Positions 39,201 through 53,312 of a stretch of DNA of 64,000 nt are shown in pieces. The notes beneath the pieces were generated by a model. The model was not told where the DNA came from and did no database searches. It saw nothing but the letters and a program-made list of their open reading frames with translations. The stretch comes from Vicugna vicugna (Eukaryota): positions 6,920,124 to 6,984,123 of the forward strand of contig MU061579.1 in the NCBI GenBank assembly GCA_013265495.1, written 5' to 3'. Every line of letters starts with the position of its first letter. Position 1 is the stretch's first letter. The position numbers and the translations under genes were made by a program.

Positions 39201-41569
39201 TCCAGTTCCCACCTCCCAGGGTCAGTCATTACAACACCATCCTTTCCTCTCAGGCTGCCTTTTCATAGGTCAATCTGTCCCCACTCCTTTGAATCAATTT
39301 GGTTTTGTTTCGTACAATGGCATAGATAGGTTCTGTTAAAGTGCTTCCATCAAAGTGCTTTTCTCACATTATCTCTTCACCACTGTCCCCATTCATTAGC
39401 CACACAGTATCTTCTTATCTGTTATAAAGAAATCAATCAATGAATCAAACAATGTGAAGAAACCCCAAGCAAATCCAAAGTCTAGACTTATTCAATTGTT
39501 TTGATTCTGATTCCAGTAGCACTCCACTCTGGAGCCAGTGATGAATGAGATAGGGCACCCGTCTGAAGTGCAGTCATTTATCACCCATTAGGCAAAACTT
39601 CTACTGCAACTGTTGTCAGGAAAGGTTTCAGTAATGAGGAGAACATGCAGTTCTGTCCAACCTCTCTTTCTAAGCTTACTGGGAGCCCTGGGCTGTGATT
39701 CTGAGCCATAAGAGTTGCTTACCAATTAGCAAAACAAGCCACACTCTGAAATGTGTAAACGATCCTTGAAACCGGGCAGAAAGCCCAGGAATAAAGCTTC
39801 TCTGACCTGTTCTAACTAATGTTGCCACCGTTACCTTTTCCCTTCAGTTATTTAGGCTTCCTCCATGCCTTGACTGGATTGCTGCTGACAGTGATGTGGA
39901 GCATACTCATTAATCATTTTCTTGTCATTGTGTTCTGCCAAGGGGGAAGGGAATGATGCTCACTGCCAAAAATAGAATGCCTTCTCTCTGATAAATAGGA
40001 GAAAACTCTGTAATGAACATGTTATCTTGTCATGGGCAAGTTCATCTTCAATTGTCTTGAGAAGCAGCATATAATACTGGTGCTGTGTATCTATGTATCA
40101 TAGGCCTGCAATACTGAAGATGTAAATAGACACTAAATTAAAGTAAGTGCTTTGAAAAATAGCTACATAAACATAAACTCTTAGCTAATAATTTCTGAGT
40201 CATGGACACTGAATTTTCTAAGCCATAAATGTTTGATGCAAGAAGGCTGACATTTAAGTTTTTATTACTTATATACATGAAAAAGACCGATTCCTCTGTG
40301 TGTATGTGTGTGTGTGTAGAAACATTTTTATCTTCCTGCATTTGTTTGCAAAACCTATCATGCTGGATCACCCTTTCAAAGATTTCTAGAATATTATCAG
40401 TGCACACAAATCCAATGTAATGATAACACCATAAAGTCTAACATTGTTTTAGAGCTGGAATAACTGTTAAGGGCCACCCAGTCCCATGTCTTCATTTTAT
40501 AAATGTGGGGGTGTAAGCTCAGATAATTATTATTCAAGAGGCCAGAGGTCCTTGCTGACCCACGCTCCCAGTATGGATTTTTTCCTAATCCTTTGTATCA
40601 TTCCATCCATATTCCTGTTCTGGCTTAGTGTGAAGTCTCACGGAGCAAGGAGGTGAGATGTTCTGGGATGCCTGATCATCCTTGCAAACCCTGCTCTATT
40701 ATACTTTGAGTTTAATGAAGGAGTGTTACCCCATTTTTCAATTGAGAAAGCAAAATTAGAGAAGTTGAGCTAATTAGTTAGAGGCAGACTAGTGAGTTAG
40801 GGTTAGGCAGAGTAGGGATTGGTATCCAGGCTGCCTGGCATCCAACATCCCAAAACAAGTAGTATTACAATTATCATGTGCCTGATATTTAGTTCCATTT
40901 CTCTTCTTTTATTCAGGAAAAAAAAGTTTCTTTTTTGGTGTATCTGTAAAAATGGCTATATTTGTGTAAGCTAAAGGCTGAAAGGGCATTGGAGAGGCAC
41001 GAGTCTGAACAACACACCACTTGAAATATTCTCCCAGACATCCTGCCAACAGTCTGCCTGAAGGTCTCAGGGAGTCATTCTGGGGCTGTATGCTTAGTAG
41101 AAGGATGGTTCTAGAACCACTACAATTAACTTTTAGTTTCATCCATCACCATGTCTCACCTCTACAAAATGACATAGTAAAAGCAGACAACACTTATGGT
41201 TTTCAACATATTGGCCTGTGGATGAAAATCATCAGCTAATCAATTTAGTTGACACGTGCATCATGAGACTGGCTTGAGGGAGGTCAGCCCCCACCCACTG
41301 GGTCATACAGCAAAGTCATGTGGGAGAGAATAAACAATCACCTGTTGTTTAAAAGGCACCATCTGTTTTGGAAGTTGTTTTCTTCCTTTTTTCCTTCTTT
41401 CATTCACCCTTCCTTTCACATTTCATCTTCTATTTTTTTCCCCCTGTATACAGTATTGTTCTTTCACAAGGCAGAGAAGCCAAAATCTATTTGTTCTGTA
41501 AATTAGCTTGTTACATTGCCCTAACAAATAATTTCCCATTGGTGAAATGAAACACAGATTGACAAGTGT

Positions 41570-41760
41570 GGGAAATAATGTACATGGATCTGGGAATGAG
41601 TCCTGATTCTGCCCCAAATAAAAATAAGCTGGGTTATGATGGATAACCTCTCTGAGCCTATTTCTTCACCTGTAAAACTGATATCATCAACCAGAGTAAT
41701 TACAAGATACAAAGAAAAGACTGTATGTGACAGTGCTTAGTAAATTAATTCCATATATGT
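41570..41760 (+). mobile_element. MIR SINE
   Basis: taacctctctgagcctatttcttcacctgtaaaa...tatgtgacagtgcttag. Confidence 0.65.
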
Positions 41761-43034
41761 CCTATTTTTAACACTCTCAGATTTTAATTAGTTTCTAATC
41801 TTGTTTCATATGACAAAGTAAAATCAATGACTATTGCTGTAAATTGCACTATAAGAGTTATATATTCAAGTTTTTGCCAACAATATAACTTGAGATAGGA
41901 AATTCTGGCCACAGTAACTTGAGAAATGATTTTAGCATTTGATACCTAACCCAAATGTTAATGAAATAAATCACTGTAGCATGTAACTCAATTCACATCT
42001 CTGCTGATTGGTTTGACACAGCTGCCATCAGTCTGGAAAGAAGATCTACTTGCATAGTGAAGCGAAGATTAGGGGGAAAATGGTCCCATGTGTAAATTGC
42101 ATTTATAAAGTTTAACTGCATCAAAACCTATCTAGACTTCAACTAAAATTTATAGCACTCTTGGTTATACCGTCTCATCAGCCCTCCAAGCCACATTGGG
42201 TATTCTTATCTTTGTGGGTCTTTTCTGATTGACTAGATCAGAAAGAGAAGTTATGTTCTACTTCCTGCTATCCTATCTTTCTGAGCTGAAAGTGTCTGGC
42301 CCAAGGTTGTCACCATAAGTGACCCCAGACATTTGTCAAAAACATTACAGTGCCTTTACTGTATAAAGATACCCTCAAGAGTTTCTCCAGAATTCATCTT
42401 CAAAGAGTTTACAGTCTTCTAATAAAGAATATTTTGGAAGAGCAGCATATCACCAAAGTAAGTGGCAGCGCACAGTTCTAAGGGCATAACAGGTGCGAAG
42501 TCAAACATCACTGCAAAGCAGATGACAAATTCTGAAGTAACAGCAGTATTTGAAAAGGTGGGTTAAGGGAGGTAGTGAAGGTGAAGATAAAGTTTGAGAA
42601 GAAGTAAAAAAAATAACACTTAGAATATTGTTCATGTTAAATAAAGTTCCCAAATTGTTTTTTTATAATTTTCAATGACTCCTCTTTGCCCTCACAATAA
42701 AGCTCAAACCCCTACCCAAAGCATGGCTCATTGGACAAGTAGTTACAGAATACTACTCCGGGCCAGGCAGTGGGGAGACCAGAAAAAACACAGAGCTTCT
42801 GGGATTTGTTTTCTATGCCTTCTCCACATCTTGCTCTGTATAAAAACTCCATATATCTGTAAAGATCCTACAACAGTCCACTAATATTTCTGCTTCCTTG
42901 CCTTTGTTCTTTGAAGAATGACCATCTCCTTCCTTTGAAACCCTTCTCATCTTTCAAGTCTTTGCTCAAAGGCACTGCTTTCATAAATCTTGGCTAGTCC
43001 ATGGGGCCAACTTCCAATGCACTTGATTTACCTC

Positions 43035-43382
43035 TGTAGCATCTGCTACAACAAAAATATGATAGACTGGGTGACTTATAATCAATAGAATTTTATTTCT
43101 CACAGTCTGGAGGCTAAGAAGTTCAAGATCAAAGCACCAACAGATTCAATGTCTGGGGTGAGTCCTCTTCTTGGTTCATAGATGGCCATCTTCTTGCTGT
43201 GTCTTCAGGTGGCAGAAGGGACAAGGGAGCTCTCTGAGCCCTCTTTTATTAGGGCACTAATCCCATTCATGAGAGCTCCACCCTCATGACCTAATCACAT
43301 CCCAAAGACCCCCACCTCTAATATCATCACATTAGGGGTTAGGTTTCAACATCTGAACTTGGGGGAAACACAACTTGTAGCA
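43035..43382 (-). mobile_element. MLT1A-like MaLR solo LTR
   Basis: ttttatttctcacagtctggaggctaagaagttcaagatcaaagcacc...agggcactaatcccattcatgagagctccaccctcatgacctaatcac...ttaggtttcaacatctgaact. Confidence 0.85.
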
Positions 43383-43651
43383 ACCCCTATGATCAATTAA
43401 TTAACAATCAATTAATAAACAAATTCTCTCATGGGGAAGCATGTCATAAACGGAAGGAAAGTATACCTTGGAGACATGTTCATAGAGGACCCAACATTAA
43501 GCTGTTCACACACACATAAAACACCTTCTCTCTCCCTGCCCTGATCCTTCTAAAGAGATGATATCATAGGTTTGCTCCTAGTGGAATCTGAGTCAGTAAG
43601 GCCAGTGCCCACTGCACTGCTGATAATTGAGGTGGAGGAATAAGGAGAGTG

Positions 43652-44191
43652 AAGACATGGAACATCTGTTGATGTTCCATGTCTAAATGTACATCAACAG
43701 ATGACCGAATAAAGAAGATGTGGTATATTTATACAATGGAATACTATTCAGCCATAAAAATGACAACATAATGCCATTTGCAGCAACATGGATGTCCCTG
43801 GAGAACATCCCTCTAAGCCAGAAAGAGAAAAAAAAATACCATATTAGATCACTCATATGTGGAATGAAAAAAAAAAAGAAAATAAATACAAAACAGAAAC
43901 ACACCCATAGACATAAAATACAAACTTGTGTTTGCCAGGGGGGAAGGGGGTGGAAGGGACACTGGGAGCTTGAAATTTGTAGATACTGACAGACATATGT
44001 AGAATAGATAATCAAGATTATACTGTATAGCACAGGGAAATATATACAAGATCTGGTGGTAGCTCATGGTGAAAAGGAATGCGACAATGAATATATATAT
44101 GTTCATGTATAACTGAAAAATTGTGCTCTATGTTGGAAATTGACACAACATTGTAAACTGACTATAACTCAATAAAAAATGTTAAAAAAAA
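43652..44191 (+). mobile_element. Young 5'-truncated L1 (ORF2 end plus 3' UTR) with a rearranged 5' junction
   Basis: Closely matches 6541-7085 (aacatggatgtccctggagaac...caagattatactgtatagcacagggaaatatatacaagatct...aataaaaaatgttaaaaaaa). Confidence 0.92.
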
Positions 44192-45719
44192 TACAAATGG
44201 GGGGAAAAAAGAGCTTACATTTTCAAATTAAAAACAAAAAAAGATGAGACTTCAGTTCTGTTCACAGTCAGGTTAGTAAGCCAGATATGTGAAAGAAATA
44301 GTTCTCATTGATAGACGCCAGTTCCTGAAAGACTTTACACATAGTCAACTTTACTACAGTGTATACTACTGTAAAAATGGCACCAAGAGGAAGACTTTGG
44401 TCAATGGTGAGCAGTGAGGCAAATGTGTTTCCTTTTTCCTCTTGTGGCCTAAGGGAAATCATGTTCTGAGGCCTTAGCTAATTATCAGAGTGAACTTGGA
44501 CCCAAGGAGAAAGCAACTCATTAAAAAGGTATAATCTGTGTTTGAGATTCAGATTTATTATACCTTTTCAGTTTTCTCTTGAGAGAAATCTCTTAAGAAA
44601 TACTGAATAATTAAAATAATATTAAAGAGCATATTCTTAAATCTTGTTGAAAGTCTTTCTCAATTTTTTCTTTTCTATTTTCTTGTAATTTATCATAAGC
44701 AACTATCCTGGGCACTGGGGATTCGGAGCTGGTGGTGTATTTCAAGCTCTTATTATTCACTAGAATTCCTCATGAGGAGTAGTTGGTAGGGTTTTCTTCA
44801 CTTATTTTTCTTTGTGATTTCCAGTTGTAGTGGGAAAAGTGCCTACAAATATTGCTGATGAGTGAGAAACTGCACATTCTTTGGTAACATTGGTGAGAAG
44901 CCAAGTACTGAGTGAACACTACTATTTGCAAAATGATTTCTGTGAAAGAGCCCAAAACTATAGTTACTGCTCTTCACTTTGCCCTAATGGTGAGAAATCA
45001 CTTTCAGTAACAGGCAGGTTATCTGCCCAGTTTGTAGCCTACTGACAAACTTCATTTCACCTTTTCTTAGTCCGTTAGACATTGTTAAGCAGCTCTTGGG
45101 TTCTATTCTATAGTAGGAATTAGGGCAGTTTGCAGAATCTGCAGGCAAGCTGGGATGGTAGAGAGTCTTCTGAGACTGTAATTTTTAGTTTTCTCTCCTT
45201 TGACCTTTTCAACCCCGTAGTTTCATCCCATCAGAAGATGGAGGTATCAGTCATGATTCCTAAGTAGTCAGTCAAAAGAACCAACCAACTTAAGCACCTT
45301 CAGAGCCTCCTCCTCTGCTGTCTCTGGAAGCCACAGGTCTCTGGGCAGCCTTCACCACAACAGGTTCTTCTCAGTGCCTGCTTCTCATCACTACCTTTCA
45401 AATCTATGACTTACAGATTCATCTCCGGTTGGCAGCACCTAGATCCCATGCTTATGCCATAATTGCACACACACACACACACAAAGCTGGAAAAATTAGT
45501 TTCTGATATCTTCTGTAGAGATTCTTAAAGTAGAGAACTCCCCAAAGTAGGTATGTTCAAAGGTACCAGGCTGACAAAAAGAACGACTGACGTCTACTCC
45601 CTTGGTTTCATAGCAGAGCTAGAATATCAGCCAACACTCTAGGTCAGGGAGAACAAGAGGCTCAGGAGAGAATGGTGAGTTACTGTTCAACTCCTCTATT
45701 CCCTCTAAACCCTGGCTCC

Positions 45720-46350
45720 TTGTTCTTGACTTACCAGCTGAGCATCTTTGAGCGAATTACTCGACATTTCTAGCCCAAGCCGTCCGCCCAGCTGGAGTCC
45801 CTCAGATGGCCCTCCAGCAGCTCATTTCTATGCCCACTTGGACTTTAACAACATAAATCTCATGATGCTATTTTCTAGGCTTAACACACTCCAAAAGCTG
45901 CCTGATCACTTTCCAACAGCCCGCAAGATCCTATAGGAACTGGTCTCTGCCTAGATGCCCTTCAAGGCATCTAAGACCACCCTTTCCCTCATTAACTGTT
46001 GCTCAGCCCCACTGATTCAATAACACAGGCCAGCTTGTTTTGACTCAGTCCTGCCCTGTGGTTTGTCCCTACCTGTAATGTTCTTCCACCAAATGCCTGC
46101 CTGGGTGGATCCTTCTCATCATTCGGGTCTCAGCTCAAATGCCACTTCCTCAGAGACTTTCCTGAACATCCTATTTAAATTGGACACTCCTTCCAAACTC
46201 TTTATACTATACCCTCTTTTAAAAATCATATTTCTTATCAATACCTAGGTTACCTTATTTATCTATTTATTAAACTGTCTATTTTCTCTTTGCACTACTA
46301 AAAAATGATGTTCATATTTATCTCAGTATCCCCAGTGCCTAGAACTGTGC
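45720..46350 (+). mobile_element. L2 fragment with 3' end
   Basis: ccttctcatcattcgggtctcagctcaaatgccacttcctcagagactttcctga...gtatccccagtgcctagaactgtgcc. Confidence 0.7.
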
Positions 46351-47749
46351 CAATTTCCTGAGCTGCTGATTCAGTTCCTTCCACACTCTTCTTATTCCAG
46401 ACTTCCCTTTGCCCCACTTCCTGGCACCTTAACTGAGTTCCCAGTCATGCGTTTGAGCAGATGGGAACTCCCACTTCCCCTGAAGCAGATGGCATCCTTC
46501 ATGGCTAGTGTAGGCAGGGTATCAGTAGCCTGGGAGTTGAGCACATGATCAGAATGTACAGGGCTGTGAAATTTGAAAGAAATTGAGTAGGAGAGTGGGG
46601 AAGAAAGATTGGAGATGTCAGGCAGGCCAAAAATCAGATGGGCAAAGATATGACAAAGGTGGCTATGGATATGAGGTTGAAAACAAGAGTCAGTTGACTT
46701 GCTGTGTGGCCAGGGCCTAACCTCAGCTGTCATTTCTTCTTAGATGAGCACAGCAGAGAGGAAGCAGCAGACAGGGCCAGGAATAAAAACCAAGTCGTTC
46801 GTCAAAGATCTGTTTCTTAGAGACACAAAGACAGCAGGATTAACTAAAACATCCACATGCTTGTTAATGATTCTTGTTACTATGGAGTCCTGAGAGCCAG
46901 GCTAATCTGCATGGAAGAGGGGCCCATCTGGGCTTGAATTTTCCTGGTGATGTCCGAGCTATCTGAGCTTTCTCAGGTATAGCTTCAAAAGAAGGATACC
47001 ATCTTCTTCCTTTCAAGTAGGGTCCTACTTTAACTGTTTCCTTTTCACTTTTAGCTAAACTGACTTCACTTTACGTACACCTGCAGACGAACATGTCCTC
47101 AAATAGAAGGATGTCTTCAGACAAGTATCCACTGAAAATCCCTGTGTCATAGACCTTGACCTGAACGTTGTGATGAGTTGGGTAATAGTTTTCAGTCTTA
47201 ATGACTTTCCTTTTAATTACCTGAAATATCTAGACAATCACTTGCATTTCACTCTGCTGATGGTGAAATAGCCATGATGTTATAAACTGTGGTTAGTGTG
47301 GGTTGCGGTTGTGTTAACCCAACTCCGTAAAGAAGTCCAAATTTCCTACTCTCTAATCAAAGTACTTACCAGGGTCCAGGTCCAGTAAATGGCACGGAAG
47401 AGTTAATAGGTAGGACGTGTTCAACCTTTGAATTCTTCCACTCTACTCTTGGTCCTCCTGAATGAAAGTTTTCACCCTTTCCGCTCCAACCCATCCTTCC
47501 TCTCCCATTGATTGCTAGATGAGTTTCTGCCTTCTCTCTCCCTTCCCCCAGGGACAGTAATATCTAATTGAACAGAAAGGGACCTTCAGGCAAGCTTCTT
47601 GTCTGCCATAGGGTAGAGGACTTGTTTGAATCATTGTTTCTACTTTGATGTGAGCTATTATAGGGAGAAAGTCCCTCCTGGATCAAGTGAGAGAGAGAGA
47701 AGGAGAAATAAATGCTCAGAAACAACCACATCATTGCTTGGACATATAA

Positions 47750-48300
47750 CATTGACAAGACTGCAAACAACAGAAACCACTTGAGGTATTTAGACAAACA
47801 AGGAGGACTTCACTACAAAGAAGGGTTTCTTTCTCATGGCAGCAAAAGGCTGGGATGCAGGCTGATCTCAGAAGTAACTGTGACTTACAGATTCAAGCTC
47901 CATCTGGACCCATTTTCTGCCTCTTGCCTCTTGGCTATGTGTCCGTTGCAAGTCTTTCTCTCTCACTCTCACTCTTCTCTCTTGCTTTTTAGCTCTTTCT
48001 CTACCTCTGGTGCTATCTGTAGTCCTTGACCTACTCTGACTTCATCTACAGTAGCTTCCACTGCTTCTCTTGTGCACATGGAAGAAGTATGACCACTGAT
48101 GATCTGTCCTGGATTTACCAGTTACAGGTCCAGCAACCCAAATTCCCAGAGAAGGAACTCTGACAAGTCCACCCTGTAACTGACTTAACGTTATATGAAC
48201 ATGGCAGCCAGAGCTACCACTGCATCCATGTGAAAGGAGGTCACAGAATGGGAGAGCAAGGGACCAAAGACGAGAAGCACATACAACAAATACCTACCTA
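47750..48300 (-). mobile_element. Probable old MaLR LTR relic
   Basis: gactgcaaacaacagaaaccac...caaattcccagagaaggaactctgac...aacatggcagcc. Confidence 0.4.
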
Positions 48301-50668
48301 TTTACTTATATCGTATGACAAGTTGTCTTCCTAATTTGTGAGCATTATACCAATTGCATCATGGGTTTCATCTCACTGGAAAACAAAGAAGAGCACTAGA
48401 CGCTTGGTCTATTTGCAAATATTTGAAGACCTAACTATTCATACAGTAGAGCTAGCTCCAAAATCTGTATCAGCTACACTTAGCTAAAGATAGAATCCTG
48501 CTTTTATCATTTCAATGGTGAGAAACTTCTTGGTGCTCTGTATGACTGCCCACAAGATTAAGTGCTGCATTCTACATTTTTAGCAGATGGAGAGCTTTCT
48601 TCACTTACTATAATTCTCATGTCTTGAGCCAGATGGAGGAAGGGAATTAGAAAATAACGATGCATAAAGTAAACATTAGTTGTTACTCCTTCATTTTTTT
48701 TAGAACTATAATTTTAATGTCATTCTTTCCTCCCTCTGTCTGTCTTTCCTCAAGATTCTTCATCAGTAGCCTATATTCTATGGTGACATGTATTCACTTT
48801 GCAGAACAAGGAAGGTGATAGGTGCTCAATAAATTCTTGCTGAAATAAACTGTGTTTATCTACTAGGTGCAAAGTGTCACATGACCAATTTTGCCACTTC
48901 TCCTCTGATGGAACAGGTAAATAGGGAAGAGATAAATGTTGAAGTATTTATCAGTTTACATCAGAAGTCCTTTATGGGTATTTCTGTGGTGTTATTCATG
49001 ATTGTCTTTGCAACTCTAGGCTGTGATGGTATTTTCCTTTTTCAGAATTAACAGTAGTGTGGTTCTCTTAGGGAAATACTAAAAATATTCTATGCCACAT
49101 GTGGCTTTCCTAATGTTAATACAGGTATGTGTGCCTTTGCTAGATTCAACAGCTTGTCTGCTATTTTGAATATATTCCAAGATCATTTGCCAGGTATTGG
49201 CAATTCATTCTAGAAGCATTTATTAAGAACCTCCTTTATGCTAAGTGCTATGTAATTCCAAAGAAAAAGCTCAAAGAAATGGCTACAGTAAGAAAATGAT
49301 TTTGCTTTTCACTCCTAGTAGACATTCTATGTCTTTCCAAAAAGCTAACTATTAAGGTTGGCTGTATAGATTTTAATTTATAGCTTCTACACTGTTCCTG
49401 TTTCCAAATGATTCATATTCCCTATTCTTTCCATAATTACAAGAGTTTTCAAAAATTGAAATCTGCTCCGTATCTCTTAGGGTTTTTTTTTTCTCATTTT
49501 ACAATACATTAAACTAAGACTTACAGTTGCTTTAGTGGTAAGTGTTTTTGTTTTTGCTATTGGTTTTTTCCCCCTGACTTTTTAATTGAAATCCTTACTG
49601 TTCCCTTCAGAAGGGAGAAGGAAAGAAATATTTTTAACAGAAATTTTTTAAAAAGGAAGATTTTAAAAATAGAGAATATTTTCTAGGAAAAGGTTAACTG
49701 TTCTCTCTGTGTTTAGAGTTGTCTGTAGACCAGGTAGTGGAGTGTGGCCATGATCAGGTTAATTTTGTCACTATAACAACCAGCACTGACAATAGGCATG
49801 TAAAAAGCTTTCTTGGGGGAAAAGGTCGTTTCCTTAAGAACTGAAATTAATTAAGAGATATGTCTAATAAGAATATGAAGGAAGTAGAGATTTTGATTGC
49901 TTCCAGTTAACACAGCTGTAAATTTTTGCTTGAAAGTCTAATATATTGAAAGAATTAGCAATACCTTGAAAGCACTCTCAGCACTCCTTTTAATTTAATA
50001 ACGTCTTCATGATGTAAAAATGACTCAAATGTACGTACAACTATGCTGCCTAATGAATTTCTGGAAAGAAGGGGGTCTTCATTAAAACATGTCTGTAAAA
50101 ACTCTGAATTCATCAGGATACAGGTTTAACTCCAGACTGACTATTGAAGCTTTGACATTTTCAGGGACTCCATATCCATGAAGTTCTGTTTTGCTCCTTA
50201 ATAGATGTTTGCACACAACCCTAATAGCATCTTTTATCACAGAGCTTTACGGTGTTCCACAGCTACATTTGACAATCTTGATTTGCAAACGGAAATTCAG
50301 AAAGGTTAAGTGATTCCGGATCCGATTCTTTTCTGCCCTCATTAAGCTCACAGGGCTCTGCCCAGGCCGTGTCTGGGAAGAAAACAAACTGTGACACAGA
50401 TACCACAGTCCATCTGGGTCACTGCAGCAGTTCTTAGTGATCCATCTGCACTGATACCAGAGATAAAGGTGGGGAACTCCAATTACTGTGCCGCCGCCAC
50501 CTCCACTCACCTTGAGCTCCTCCTTTCTGAACTCCTGGTGTCCTCATCCTTAATCCGCATTCTTTATCATTCACGGCTCTGCACCATTGCTTAATCCTTT
50601 CATGTTCATTTATTCAACTGACTCATAATTATGAAACATTTATTGTGAAGAAAGCACTATTGTAGACT

Positions 50669-50669
<1 letters not shown>

Positions 50670-50706
<37 letters not shown>

Positions 50707-50712
50707 TGTGTG
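50670..50712 (+). repeat. (TG)n microsatellite
   Basis: About 17 uninterrupted TG units followed by agtgtgtg. Confidence 0.97.
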
Positions 50713-50859
50713 TTTTCTTTTTAATCTTACTCATGTAAATTGTTCCATCTTATTCAAAAAGAAAAACAAAAATGAAGGAAATTTGCTTTTCTATTGCAAT
50801 GAGGCAATATGGAGTCACTGTTCTCAGGAATTAAAACCTAGAAAAGAAGAAAGGACTAA

Positions 50860-51214
50860 TGTGGTATTCATTAAGATGCTCCACAGATATTCCAGTTCTT
50901 TTCTCCCAGGTTTGTGGCTGAGTTAAAATTATTCACCCTCCCTACAGTTGGGTGTGATCATGTGACTTTTTCTGGCTAGTAAAACATGAGTTGAAGTTAT
51001 CTATCTATCTTCCAGGTGGAAGTTTTAAGGGCCACTTGGCAACTCACCACATTCCTTGTATCCTACCTTAGTGATCATACAAGTACATGAGAAAGTGGAG
51101 CTTCCATCAGTCAGGGTCTTAGAGCATCCCCTATGAGCAAAGCCCCTCTTCCAGTCTTCACTGAATGTGTAGCATGAGTGAGAAACTTTTGCTGTATTTA
51201 ACCACTGTGATTTT
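50860..51214 (+). mobile_element. MLT1-type LTR, 5' part (3' end displaced to ~53315-53370 by an L1)
   Basis: tgtggtattc...gtgtgatcatgtgactt...tgtagcatgagtgagaaacttttgctgtatttaaccactgtgatttt, resuming as ccatgagattttgaggttgattgttattggaacataacc. Confidence 0.7.
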
Positions 51215-53312
51215 TCAACAGTTTAATCGAGGTATAATTTATATACCACAAAATTCTCCTGTTTGAAGTATACAATTCAGTAGTTTTTAGTACAAAGTTG
51301 TAGAACCATCACCATAATCTCATTTTTGAAAAGTTTCATCAGAACAACATCATTTAGAAGATTTCATCAACAAGAAATCTCATATCCATCAGCATCACTC
51401 CCCATTTCTCCTTCATCCTCCCAGCTCTAGGCAATCACTAATCTACTTCTGTCTCTATAAATTTAGCCATTTTGAGCATTTCACATAAATTGATTTGTAT
51501 AATATGTGGTCTTTTGTGACTGTTTTCTTTCACTAAGCAAGATTCATCCATGGTGTAGCATCTTTCAGTAATGTATTCCTTTTTATTGCTGAATACATTG
51601 TATGTATGTATCACATTTTGTTTATCTGTTCATCACGTGATGGACATTTGGATTGTTTCCACTTTTTGGCATTTATGAATAATGCTGTTACAAACATTTG
51701 CATACAAGTTTGTGTCAATAAATATTCTTATTTCTCTTGGAATTTCTCTAGGAGTGGAATCACTGGATCATATGGTAATTATGTTTAACAATTTGGAGAA
51801 CTGATTTCCAAAGTGACTGTATCATTTTATATTCACATCAGCAGTGCTTAAAGCTTCCAATTTCTTCACATCCATACCAAAAATTGTTATTGTCTGGCTA
51901 TTTTATTATAGTCATTTAAGTGGGTATGCAATGGTATCTTACTGTCATTTTGATTTGCATTTCCTAAATGAGTAATAATGTTGTGCATCCTTTCATGTAC
52001 TTATTTATCATTTGTAAATCTTTTCTTGAGAAATGTCTACTAAATTCTTTGATCATTTTATAATTGGTAAATGTCTTACTATTGAGTTAAAAGAGTATAT
52101 TATAAAAACTATACACAAGTCCCTTATCAAATACTTAATTTGCAAATATTGTTTCCCATTCTGTGGGTTGGCTTTTCTCTTTCCTGTTGACATGTTTGCA
52201 AGACAAAATTTTTTAATTTTGATCAAGTTCAATGTTTTGATTTTTTTTCTTTTATCACTTGTGTTTTGGGTGATTTATCTAAGAAGATACTGTCTAAGCC
52301 AAGATCACAAAGATTTACTCCTATAACTTCTTGTAAGAATTTTATAGTTTTAGCACTTACATTTAGATCTAGGATCCATTTTAAGCACATTTTTATGTGT
52401 AGTGTGAGTAGGGGTCTAAATTAATTCTTTTGCATGTTGATATCCAGTTAACCCAGAACTATGTGTTGAAAAGATTTCTCCTATTGAATTGTCTTGGAAC
52501 CTTTGTCAAAAAGCATTTGACCATAAACATGATTTATTTCTGGTCTTTTAATACTATTCTACATTAGTCCATTCTATGCCAGTACCACACTGTGTTATTT
52601 ACTATAGTTTTGTAATAGGTTTTAAAATCTGATAGTGTAAGTTCTTTGACCTTGTCATTCTTTTTTATGGATTGATTTGGCCGGTGTAGGTTTTGCATTT
52701 CCATAAATTTTAGAGTCAGTTTGTCAATTTCTGCAGGGATGGAGGGTAGGAGGGATAGGAAGGAAAGCAGGCAGGCAGGCAGGCAGGCAGGAAGGAAGGA
52801 AGCAAGGAAGGGCGGAAAGAAGAAACTGGACTAGCTAGAATTTCATGGAGATTGCATTAAATCTGTAGATAAATTTGGAGCATATTACCATTTTAACATT
52901 GAATCCTCTGATCCATGAACATAGGATATCTCCATTTATTTAGATCTTTAATTTTTTTCTACAATGCCAAGTTTTGGTCTTGCACTTCTTTTGCTAAGTT
53001 TATTCTTAATAAGCTTTTACTCTTTTGGGTGCTATTGTGAATGAAATTTTTTTTAATTTCTTTCTTGTTTTATTCATTGCTAGTGTATAGAAATGCAATT
53101 GGTTTTTATATCAAACTTGTACTCTGTGACCTCGCTGAATTCATTTATTCTAGTGTTTTTTTAGTGGATTTCTTGGGATTTTCTACATAAGAGATCACAT
53201 TGCCTGCATATATAAACAGTTTTACTTCTTCCTTTCCAATTTAATGCCTTTTATTTATTTTATTTTCCTATTTGTCCTGTCTAGAATCTGTGGTATGATA
53301 CTGAAGAATAGA
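51211..53312 (-). mobile_element. Old ~2.1-kb L1 (L1MB-like), antisense
   Basis: Continuous antisense L1 3' UTR and ORF2: ggcaatcactaatctacttctgtctct, ggacatttggattgtttccactttttggc, ttctatgccagtaccacactg, gattgcattaaatctgtagat. Confidence 0.88.
52755..52812 (+). repeat. Compound (GGCA)n/(GGAA)n purine-rich repeat inside the L1
   Basis: ggaaggaaagcaggcaggcaggcaggcaggcaggaaggaaggaagcaaggaag. Confidence 0.9.
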
